The notes under the pieces are model-generated. The model ran no database searches and had not been told where the DNA came from. It saw only the letters and a program-made list of their open reading frames with translations. From contig JAMPCZ010000003.1 of the NCBI GenBank assembly GCA_023665935.1, positions 1 to 50,946 of the forward strand: a DNA stretch of 50,946 nucleotides, in the 5' to 3' direction. Made by a program: the position numbers and the translations under genes. Origin of the DNA: Muribaculaceae bacterium (GTDB lineage Bacteria > Cyanobacteriota > Vampirovibrionia > Gastranaerophilales > Gastranaerophilaceae). Below are positions 44,088-50,946 of the stretch, piece by piece; the stretch's first letter is position 1; every line of letters begins with the position of its first letter.

Positions 44088-46103
44088 TTGAATTTCAATA
44101 AAATTACAAGACATTTAGTAATAGCTGCCGTTATTGGTTTAGCTGCGAGTACTACAGCAGTTTATGCCGTTGAGGACGCTTGGGGTTCGATGGGTTTCAC
44201 CGAAGAATCTCTAGAGCGAAATACTAATTATGCAAATACCGTTTTTGATAAATATACAAACACTTCTACAGAAGGAGATTCTCCAAAATTTAATATGACT
44301 CCTGCGGATTTCTCATTACCTGCCGTAAAGTCTGACCCTATTGAAAAAGAAAAAAGGCTTATTAAAGCTATTGAATTCTATGGTCTAAACTCAATTTCTC
44401 CTGATGAATTGCTAGAAAAAATCAAAATGAGAAACGGTGAAGAATATTCCCGCGATTTATTGCAAACTGATTTGAAAGCGATTTATGAAACCGGATATTT
44501 TACCGAAAAAATGAAAGCTATTCCATCAAAAAATGATGATGGAACGGTTACGGTTAAAATTGTTTTAGAAGAAAATATCCCGGTAAAAGATTTTACAATC
44601 GAAGGTAATTCTGTTGTTGCGACAGAAGATGTTTTGGCAACGCTTACCGGCATGAAAGGCAAGCCGCAAAATATTGCACAATTGAATATTGCTATATCTC
44701 AAATTCAAGAACTTTATAACTCAAAAGGCTACATTCTTGCAAGAATTGACTCTGTAACAGACGATCCGGACGGTACGATTAATATCAGTATCAAAGAAGG
44801 TATTATCGACAAAATTATGATTGAAGGTAATGAAAAAACCAAAGATTACATTGTTGCTCGTAATATTTTAACCGAACCGGGTATGATTTATAACGAAAAT
44901 CTTGTAAAAGAAGATTTGGTAAGGTTGTATGCTACCCAAGCGTTTAAAGATGTTACAAGGGAAATTGAGCCAAGTGAAGAAATCCCTGACGCGTACGATA
45001 TTACAATAAAAATTCAAGAACAAAGAACTGCAAGTATTTCGGTCGGCGGTGGTTTGGATACCGTGACAGGTTTGTTCGGCTCAATGGGGATTACCGAAAA
45101 TAATTTCCGCGGAAGATGTGAAAGAATTTCCTTGACAGGTTTAGCCGGTACAGGGGTAATGCTTAACGATTCGTCTGTCAAAGATCATATGAATATTCAA
45201 GCTGAATTGAGTTATTTCAAACCATATTTTCTTAACGCTGATACTTCGTTAAATAACAGATTGTTCTTTAGAGATTTTGGTTCATACCAGGTTCCGCTTG
45301 CTATTGAAAGAAGATTTGGTGCTGAAGCTACCGTATCGCACAGAATAAAATCAAACAGACATGCAACCGCATCTTTCAGTTTGGGTGTTGAAAATATTGA
45401 TGTCCGTGAAGGCGATTATAACGGAATTATGAGTATGTACAGAAGGTATAATATTCCGATTGCCGAGCGTGCAAAACAATTAGAAGGCGGATTGTTCATG
45501 TCGCTTAGTCCTGCTTTGATTTATGATACAAGGGATTCCGGGACTGTTACAAGACACGGTACTATGGCAAGTTTAAGATTTGATGAAAACATCGGCTTAG
45601 ATGGTTTTGATAAAACAAACGGAAAACTTACAGGTATGATTAAACAATATGTTCCTGTGGGTAAAAAATCATCTTTAGCATTCACGGCAAAAGGTGGCGG
45701 CGCAATTCACGGCGATATTCCTGAAGTTATGGCATATCGTTTAGGCGGACCTTATACTGTCAGAGGTTTCAAGATGAGTGGTGTTGGTACAGGTAACGCA
45801 TTTATTATGGGTTCTGCTGAGTTTGCAACTCCGATTCCGTTTATGGACAGAACAAGGATTGCTTTCTTGAACAACATCAGGTTCACTGTTTGGGCTGATG
45901 CAGGTAAGGTATTTGACGGAACGGTGTCTAATACAATGTATGACAGACCTGAATACGCTGTATCTGCCGGTGTAGGTTTGAAAGTATTTATTCCGGGTAT
46001 GGGACCTCTGTCAATCGACTACGGTATTCCGCTTACAAATCCGGGTGACAACGGTTCTAAAAACGGCTACTTTACTTTCGGTGTAGGGGATTTAATCTAT
46101 TAG
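44088..46103 (+). CDS. bamA: Omp85/BamA-family outer membrane protein assembly factor with about three POTRA repeats
   Basis: TTG start with SD AAGGA 9 nt upstream. Signal peptide. Three POTRA-like units: IKAIEFYGLNSIS.., VKDFTIEGNSVV.., IDKIMIEGNEKTKD... C-terminal beta-barrel ending GYFTFGVGDLIY (terminal aromatic residue). Confidence 0.85.
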   Translation: MNFNKITRHLVIAAVIGLAASTTAVYAVEDAWGSMGFTEESLERNTNYANTVFDKYTNTSTEGDSPKFNMTPADFSLPAVKSDPIEKEKRLIKAIEFYGLNSISPDELLEKIKMRNGEEYSRDLLQTDLKAIYETGYFTEKMKAIPSKNDDGTVTVKIVLEENIPVKDFTIEGNSVVATEDVLATLTGMKGKPQNIAQLNIAISQIQELYNSKGYILARIDSVTDDPDGTINISIKEGIIDKIMIEGNEKTKDYIVARNILTEPGMIYNENLVKEDLVRLYATQAFKDVTREIEPSEEIPDAYDITIKIQEQRTASISVGGGLDTVTGLFGSMGITENNFRGRCERISLTGLAGTGVMLNDSSVKDHMNIQAELSYFKPYFLNADTSLNNRLFFRDFGSYQVPLAIERRFGAEATVSHRIKSNRHATASFSLGVENIDVREGDYNGIMSMYRRYNIPIAERAKQLEGGLFMSLSPALIYDTRDSGTVTRHGTMASLRFDENIGLDGFDKTNGKLTGMIKQYVPVGKKSSLAFTAKGGGAIHGDIPEVMAYRLGGPYTVRGFKMSGVGTGNAFIMGSAEFATPIPFMDRTRIAFLNNIRFTVWADAGKVFDGTVSNTMYDRPEYAVSAGVGLKVFIPGMGPLSIDYGIPLTNPGDNGSKNGYFTFGVGDLIY

Positions 46104-46115
46104 TGGTTAATTCTT

Positions 46116-46146
46116 CCCTCTCCAAGGGAGAGGGCTCGGGTGAGGG
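46116..46146. repeat. family C hairpin repeat directly after the bamA stop
   Basis: CCCTCTCCAAGGGAGAGGGCTCGGGTGAGGG. Confidence 0.7.
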
Positions 46147-46190
46147 TTTGATATAATAAGATACAAATTAAAAAGTATATAGGAGGATTT

Positions 46191-46634
46191 ATGAAAAACT
46201 TAAAATTAATGGCTCTAATATTAACTGCGGGACTTTTTACAGGTTTGGGCAACCAAGCTTTTGCGGAAGTTGGTTATATTAATTATCAAAAAGTTTTGGA
46301 TAATTATTCAGCTGCACAGCAAGCAGTAAAAGAAATTGATGCAAAGAGTTTGGAACTTCAACAATTTATGGTTGATAAAGAAAAACAATACAAATCTTTG
46401 GATACACCGTTAAAGAAACAAAACTTTGAATCTCAAACAATGACAGAATTGAATGCAAAACAAGAAGCTTTGTACAAATTGAGAAACGCTAAAGAAACAC
46501 AAATTATGAATCAGGTTCAAGCTGCAGCAAAAGCTGTAATGGTAGCTCAAAAACTTGATGCAATCTTGACAGATCAAGTATTTTTTGTTGGCGGAGTTGA
46601 TATTACCGATTTAGTTATCCAAAAATTGAAATAA
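46191..46634 (+). CDS. skp: OmpH/Skp-family periplasmic chaperone
   Basis: Signal peptide, then a coiled-coil-rich 147-aa protein beginning [10 protein letters not shown]. Located immediately downstream of bamA, as in many diderms. Confidence 0.75.
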   Translation: MKNLKLMALILTAGLFTGLGNQAFAEVGYINYQKVLDNYSAAQQAVKEIDAKSLELQQFMVDKEKQYKSLDTPLKKQNFESQTMTELNAKQEALYKLRNAKETQIMNQVQAAAKAVMVAQKLDAILTDQVFFVGGVDITDLVIQKLK

Positions 46635-46660
46635 ATAAGAACTTGAGTAAGGAACGTTTA

Positions 46661-47419
46661 ATGAAATATACGGAAGACGGAACACAATATCATATAGGAT
46701 TAAAAGAAGGTGACGTTGGGAAATACGTTATACTTCCGGGAGATCCGAAACGGTGTGAAAAAATCGCTCAGTATTTTGATGACCCGAAACTTGTTGCGGA
46801 CAGACGTGAATTTGTGACTTATACGGGTTATTTGGACGGTGAAAAAGTCAGTGTAACATCTACCGGTATAGGCGGGGCTTCTGCTGCGATTGCGATGGAA
46901 GAACTTGTAAAGGTCGGTGCTGAAAACTTTATCCGTGTTGGAACTTGCGGTGGTATGCAGCTGGATGTCAAGGGCGGTGATATTGTTGTTGCAACCGGTG
47001 CAATTCGTGCGGAAGGTACAAGTAAAGAGTATGCGCCGATTGAATTTCCGGCAGTGGCTAATCTTGATATCACAAATGCGCTTGTAACTGCGGCTAAAAA
47101 TCTCGGGTATGATTATCATACTGGGGTTGTTCAGTGTAAGGATTCTTTCTATGGTCAGCATTCGCCTGAAACGAAACCGGTCAGTTATGAACTTCAAAAC
47201 AAATGGGAAGCGTGGAAACGCTTAGGCTGTCTTGCTTCTGAAATGGAATCTGCCGCGTTATTTGTTGTTGCAAGTTACCTCAATGTAAAAGTCGGTTCGG
47301 TATTTTTGACGGTTGCTAATCAGGAACGCGAAAAGTTGAATCTTGATAATCCTGTGGTGCACGATACCGAAAAAGCTATAAAAACTGCAATTGAAGCAAT
47401 TAAAATATTAAAAGGATAA
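46661..47419 (+). CDS. udp: uridine phosphorylase-like nucleoside phosphorylase (PNP_UDP_1 family)
   Basis: [57 protein letters not shown] prefer the ATG at 46661, with SD AAGGAA, over the track's TTG at 46643. Confidence 0.8.
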   Translation: MKYTEDGTQYHIGLKEGDVGKYVILPGDPKRCEKIAQYFDDPKLVADRREFVTYTGYLDGEKVSVTSTGIGGASAAIAMEELVKVGAENFIRVGTCGGMQLDVKGGDIVVATGAIRAEGTSKEYAPIEFPAVANLDITNALVTAAKNLGYDYHTGVVQCKDSFYGQHSPETKPVSYELQNKWEAWKRLGCLASEMESAALFVVASYLNVKVGSVFLTVANQEREKLNLDNPVVHDTEKAIKTAIEAIKILKG

Positions 47420-47423
47420 AATT

Positions 47424-48908
47424 ATGTTCAAAAAAAACAGAATGGAATACGTTATTAAGACCTGTTCGGCAGAAAATGCCCAAGAACTTCAAAATTTGCT
47501 TAATGAAATGGCGATGAACGGGTGGGAACTGTATAGTATGCACGAAGTCGGCGATGAAGACGAAGCAACTTCCCAACTGAATTGTATTTTTATGCGTCAG
47601 GCAAAAACGGATTCAAATTCGGTATCTGACATAATTAATATTTCTGATTTTAAAAGTCAAATGGAAAAAATGCTCTCTCCGAAATTGACCGAGTATGAAA
47701 AATGTCTTGATATTCAGTCAAAAATCAGACGAGAGAAAGAGAAAATCAATAAGATAAAAGCAGAACTTGAAGGGGAAGCTCCGGCATCTGTTTCAAGAAA
47801 AAAACTCAACGATAAAATTTCTGCCGGCTTAAAAGAGCTGGAAGATTTGAAAGGTCAATTAAACAAAGCAGTGTCACCTGATTTGATGTATTCAAAACTT
47901 CATGAAGAAAAATTGACAATCTATTTGAGTGAAGAATTGCTTGGTTTTGTTGATTCAGACAGGGATAATGCGGGAGAAGAACTTATTGCGGAAACCGTTA
48001 AATCACGTTTGAAATTGACAGAACAATCAGGTTACATTATTCCGAAAGTTGTGTTTAAGGATGATGAAAACCTTAATTCTTGCGAATTCAGTATCAGAAT
48101 CCGCGGGATGGAAGTTTTCAGAGCCGGTGTTTGTCCAAATTTCGTAATGTATTATGCTGATGAGCTTCATACAGATCATAAGATTAAAAATTCTATTGAT
48201 GGTATTGATGAAATTTCAGGCAGAAAAATTCTTTGGGTTGAAAAGGATAAAACCAAAGATTTTTGGCAAAAAGGAATCACTCCGTCCGAGTATATTTCAA
48301 AGGCTTTGGAATTTGTTGCCGTCAAATACGTTGAAGATTTGATTGATTACGAGGATATTGACAAGTACTTGGAAGTTGTTGAAAAAGAAAACGAATTTTT
48401 GGTTGAAAATATTATTCCTGATTTATTGACCTATGCTGATGTCAAATATCTTTTGACCAGTTTGATAAAAGAAAAAGTGTCAATAAAAAATATTACATAT
48501 ATCTTTGAAAAGATTAATGATTTCGCAGAAGAAGGCAGCAAAGCTGATATTCTGAATAAAGTCAGACTGTCTTTATCAAGACAGATTTGCAGCAAGTATA
48601 CAAATGAAGACGGTGAAACAATCAGCGCATTTGAACTTTCAGAAAAAACATACTCTGATTTAGTTTTGGGCTGTAATGAAGGTGATGACAGTATTATCAC
48701 GATTGATGGTGATATGGCTGAAAAATTAGCCGACAAATTAATCAAAAAGTCTAAGAAACTTGGTATTTACAATCCGAAATTGATTGTACCGATGGATTAT
48801 CGCCAATTATTTTTCACACTGCTATCGCTATATATAAATGACATTACGGTTTTAGCACAGGAAGAAATCAGTTGTACTTATAAAATTGAAAGTCTTGGCG
48901 AAATCTAG
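47424..48908 (+). CDS. soluble protein: DUF4177-like N-terminus, coiled coil, then an FlhA/FHIPEP cytoplasmic (C-terminal) domain homologue with no membrane domain
   Basis: N-terminus MEYVIKTCSAENAQELQNLLNEMAMNGWELY. From about aa 165 there is colinear by-eye similarity to the FlhA C-terminal domain (SGYIIPKVVFKDDENLNSCEFSIRIRGMEVFRAGV, IPDLLTYADVKYLLTSLIKEKVSIKNITYIFEKI, KLIVPMDYRQLFFTLL). No hydrophobic TM segments anywhere. Confidence 0.6.
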   Translation: MFKKNRMEYVIKTCSAENAQELQNLLNEMAMNGWELYSMHEVGDEDEATSQLNCIFMRQAKTDSNSVSDIINISDFKSQMEKMLSPKLTEYEKCLDIQSKIRREKEKINKIKAELEGEAPASVSRKKLNDKISAGLKELEDLKGQLNKAVSPDLMYSKLHEEKLTIYLSEELLGFVDSDRDNAGEELIAETVKSRLKLTEQSGYIIPKVVFKDDENLNSCEFSIRIRGMEVFRAGVCPNFVMYYADELHTDHKIKNSIDGIDEISGRKILWVEKDKTKDFWQKGITPSEYISKALEFVAVKYVEDLIDYEDIDKYLEVVEKENEFLVENIIPDLLTYADVKYLLTSLIKEKVSIKNITYIFEKINDFAEEGSKADILNKVRLSLSRQICSKYTNEDGETISAFELSEKTYSDLVLGCNEGDDSIITIDGDMAEKLADKLIKKSKKLGIYNPKLIVPMDYRQLFFTLLSLYINDITVLAQEEISCTYKIESLGEI

Positions 48909-48950
48909 CAGGTAAATATACCTTAAATTGGGACTATTTGTTTTGTTATT

Positions 48951-49116
48951 TCGCGTAAAGCGAAGAATCTCGAGGTAAATATATTGTCATCCTGAGGATT
49001 TATCCGAAGGATCTCATAATAGAAAGAGATTCTTTGGTATGTTTCCTTGGAATGATAAGATGTTAATTAATTCCCCCCCTCGAAATCAAAGATTTCGGTC
49101 CCCCTCCGGTGGGGGA
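48951..49116. repeat. repeat cluster (A fragment, A full hairpin, C-like G/C tract hairpin)
   Basis: TCGCGTAAAGCGAAGAATCTCGAGG. GTCATCCTGAGGATTTATCCGAAGGATCTC..GAGATTCTTTGGTATGTTTCCTTGGAATGAT (48986-49056). CCCCCCCTCGAAATCAAAGATTTCGGTCCCCCTCCGGTGGGGGAC (49072-49116). Confidence 0.75.
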
Positions 49117-49161
49117 CATAAAGTAATTTGGTAGGTCTGGGTTTCTACCTTAGCAATATTT

Positions 49162-49434
49162 CTACCCGGACTCGTTTCACTTAGTCCGTCCACAAAATCC
49201 GCTGTCTTGGATTTTGCTGTGCTCAGGTTTGAACTCATTACGCTTGCGCTGTCATTCGTCTTAACCTTCGCACCCTACGGGACTACGTTCGTTTTACTCA
49301 CTCCGCCCTACGCAAAATCCGCTGTCTTGGATTTTGCTTCACGCTCACAGGATTTCGCTTTTGGAGCTTGCTCCTGTTCGCTCAATCTGTTCGCTACCCG
49401 GACTCGTTTCACTTAGTCCGTCCGCAAAATCCGC
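49162..49434. repeat. family E: relatively GC-rich block bounded by 41-nt direct repeats and containing two copies of a 26-nt hairpin
   Basis: CTACCCGGACTCGTTTCACTTAGTCCGTCC[A/G]CAAAATCCGC at 49162-49202 and 49394-49434, with 1 mismatch. CAAAATCCGCTGTCTTGGATTTTGCT at 49193-49218 and 49323-49348 is identical (8-bp stem CAAAATCC/GGATTTTG). Accounts for the spurious ORF 49207..49416. Confidence 0.8.
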
Positions 49435-49460
49435 AATTATTAAAAAATAATAAATTTCCC

Positions 49461-49488
49461 TTGTTAAATCCTGTTGATAGCTTATAAT
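49461..49488 (+). promoter_or_regulatory. sigma-70-type promoter for grpE
   Basis: TTGTTA (49461-49466), 16-nt spacer, TATAAT (49483-49488), about 32 nt upstream of the ATG at 49521. SD GAAGGGA at 49507-49513. Confidence 0.5.
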
Positions 49489-49520
49489 ATAAGTATATTA
49501 TGTTGTGAAGGGAAATACTT

Positions 49521-50090
49521 ATGACAAACGAAAATTCAAATCCGTTTAAGAACGAGGATATCGTTACTAACGAAGAAAATAATAACGCAGAACAGGCTCA
49601 AACTGAGGAAGAACAAGCAGTTGAGGCTCCTGCAAATGATAGTAATGAAAAATTACAGCAAGAGTATGACAAGTTAAACCAACAGTATGTCCGTCTTGCT
49701 GCAGATTTTGATAACTACAGAAAACGCCAGGAAGCCGAGCGTGAAAATTTAATTAAATATGGTACAGAAAATGCCTTAAAAAGTATGCTTGATGTGCTTG
49801 ATAACTTTGAGCGTGGTCAAAAAGCACTTGAAAAGGTTGAAGATTGCGTGAAAGTTAAGGAAAGTTTTGAACTTGTACATAAGCAAGTTCGTGAAGCTTT
49901 GGCAAAATTAGGACTAGAGGAAATCAAGGCTATTGGTGAAGAATTTGATCCTAATTTCCATGATGCGGTTATGCAGACTCCGACAAGTGAACATCCGGAA
50001 CATACCGTTATTACAGAACTTCAAAAAGGTTACAAGTTAGGTGATAAAGTTCTAAGACCGACACTTGTTAATGTCGCAACGGCTGAATAA
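49521..50090 (+). CDS. grpE: nucleotide exchange factor GrpE
   Basis: RLAADFDNYRKRQEAE, LLDVLDNFERG, FDPNFHDAVM, GYKLGDKVLRPTLV. Confidence 0.9.
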   Translation: MTNENSNPFKNEDIVTNEENNNAEQAQTEEEQAVEAPANDSNEKLQQEYDKLNQQYVRLAADFDNYRKRQEAERENLIKYGTENALKSMLDVLDNFERGQKALEKVEDCVKVKESFELVHKQVREALAKLGLEEIKAIGEEFDPNFHDAVMQTPTSEHPEHTVITELQKGYKLGDKVLRPTLVNVATAE

Positions 50091-50093
50091 ATT

Positions 50094-50157
50094 TGTCATT
50101 CCGGGCTTGAGCAGGAATCTGTCAATGTTAGGTTCTTGGCCGGGGTTCAGGATGATA
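50094..50157. repeat. family A-variant hairpin between grpE and dnaJ
   Basis: GTCATTCCGGGCTTGAGCAGGAATCTG..GGTTCTTGGCCGGGGTTCAGGATGAT. Confidence 0.65.
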
Positions 50158-50184
50158 ACTGAATAAAAGGAAGAAAAAGAGGAT

Positions 50185-50946
50185 ATGGTAGATTATTATG
50201 ATATATTAGGAGTATCAAAAGATGCTTCAAAAGATGAGATAAAATCGGCTTTTAGAAAGAAAGCACGCGAATTACACCCCGATGTTAACAAAGCTCCTGA
50301 TGCGGAAGAAAAATTCAAGGAGCTGGGTAAGGCTTATGAAACTTTGTCAGATGACAACAAACGTGCAACTTACGACAGATACGGCGAAGACGGTCTTAAA
50401 AATGCAGGTTTTGATACCAACGGACCGTTTGCAGGTGGGTTCGGTGATTTAAACGATATATTTGAAAGTTTCTTTGGTTTCGGTTCAGGTTTTGGGTTCG
50501 GCGGAAGACCTGACCCTAATGCTCCTCAGCGCGGTGATGATTTAAGATATGATACAAAATTAAAATTTGAAGAAGCTGCATTTGGGGTTGAAAAAGAAAT
50601 AAAATTTGACCATCTTGAGGTTTGTCCTGATTGCGGCGGTACCGGTGCCGAAAAAGGTACAGGCAAGAAAACTTGTCCGCAGTGTAACGGTTCGGGACAG
50701 GTCAAAACTGTTACAAGAACTCCGCTTGGCAATTTTGCACAGATTACAAGCTGTCCGCATTGCCATGGTACCGGACAGATTATTGAAAAACCTTGTAAAA
50801 CCTGTCAGGGGCATGGTTTGGTAACTACAGAAAAGAAAATAGAAATAAAAATTCCGGCAGGTGTTGACAATATGTCAAGAATCAGAGTTGCCGGAGAAGG
50901 TGATTGCGGTGTTAACGGCGGTCCTAACGGGGATTTGTTTGTTGTA
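50185..50946 (+). CDS. dnaJ: molecular chaperone DnaJ, N-terminal 254 aa (3' end beyond the window)
   Basis: Absent from the ORF track because it has no stop codon in the window. ATG at 50185 with SD AAGAGGA. J-domain [35 protein letters not shown] region, and Cys-rich repeats [32 protein letters not shown]. Confidence 0.9.
   Translation, partial: MVDYYDILGVSKDASKDEIKSAFRKKARELHPDVNKAPDAEEKFKELGKAYETLSDDNKRATYDRYGEDGLKNAGFDTNGPFAGGFGDLNDIFESFFGFGSGFGFGGRPDPNAPQRGDDLRYDTKLKFEEAAFGVEKEIKFDHLEVCPDCGGTGAEKGTGKKTCPQCNGSGQVKTVTRTPLGNFAQITSCPHCHGTGQIIEKPCKTCQGHGLVTTEKKIEIKIPAGVDNMSRIRVAGEGDCGVNGGPNGDLFVV

Noticed and set aside
46700-47197. 165-aa minus-strand ORF
   Set aside because: It is antisense to the well-supported udp-like gene, has an odd R/F/T/N/I-rich composition and no recognisable motifs. 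This is typical shadow-ORF behaviour.
49207-49416. 69-aa ORF upstream of grpE
   Set aside because: It lies inside the family E direct-repeat block. It starts at TTG, has no SD, and its low-complexity sequence is derived from the repeats.
49100-49520. CIRCE/HrcA operator, or a known ncRNA (tmRNA, RNase P, SRP, 6S), in the long grpE upstream region
   Set aside because: There is no TTAGCACTC-N9-GAGTGCTAA match. I saw no tmRNA acceptor or T-arm motif, no RNase P GAGGAAAGTCC-type motif, and no SRP motif. The structure is explained by direct repeats.
1-50946. Prophage, integrative element, transposon, toxin-antitoxin or known defence system
   Set aside because: I recognised no integrase, transposase, recombinase, reverse transcriptase, nuclease/helicase defence signature or phage structural gene in any frame. 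The XRE regulators pair with pilin-like genes rather than with toxins.

Overview
AT-rich (roughly 35-38% GC by eye) chromosomal window from a diderm bacterium, carrying about 50 CDSs that are mostly housekeeping. In order: dnaN (5' partial), ilvE, a tightly overlapping minus-strand operon murC-murB-ddl-ftsQ-polyprenyl synthase-lepB, leuS, rsmD, a Ycf45-like ATPase, panE, pheT, lysA-cdaA-yitT, tpiA, murA, dnaG-rpoD, ispF, a Cof-type HAD hydrolase, rsmI, bamA-skp-udp, and grpE-dnaJ (3' partial). The lineage looks like non-photosynthetic Cyanobacteriota (Vampirovibrionia/Melainabacteria-like), but this is inference only. It rests on a 3-POTRA Omp85, Ycf45, coupled lysA-cdaA, pheT without pheS, and a short group-1 sigma factor. 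I recognised no rRNA, tRNA, CRISPR array, transposase, integrase or reverse transcriptase. Non-housekeeping content worth a second look: (1) five paralogous type IV pilin-like genes, two of them in repeated divergent pilin/XRE-regulator modules (12.2-14.2 kb) and three in tandem (32.0-34.0 kb); (2) a soluble FlhA/FHIPEP C-terminal-domain homologue with no membrane domain (47.4-48.9 kb); (3) lineage-specific K/N-rich membrane proteins with internal duplications (2.2-4.7 kb and 20.4-24.3 kb) and a shared N-rich FGQ/FKG motif; (4) at least four families of hairpin-forming intergenic repeats that fill nearly every long intergenic region in mosaic clusters and generate spurious ORFs. No complete, recognisable defence or secretion system is visible. 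Every functional call is by-eye motif recognition and needs a database search to confirm.
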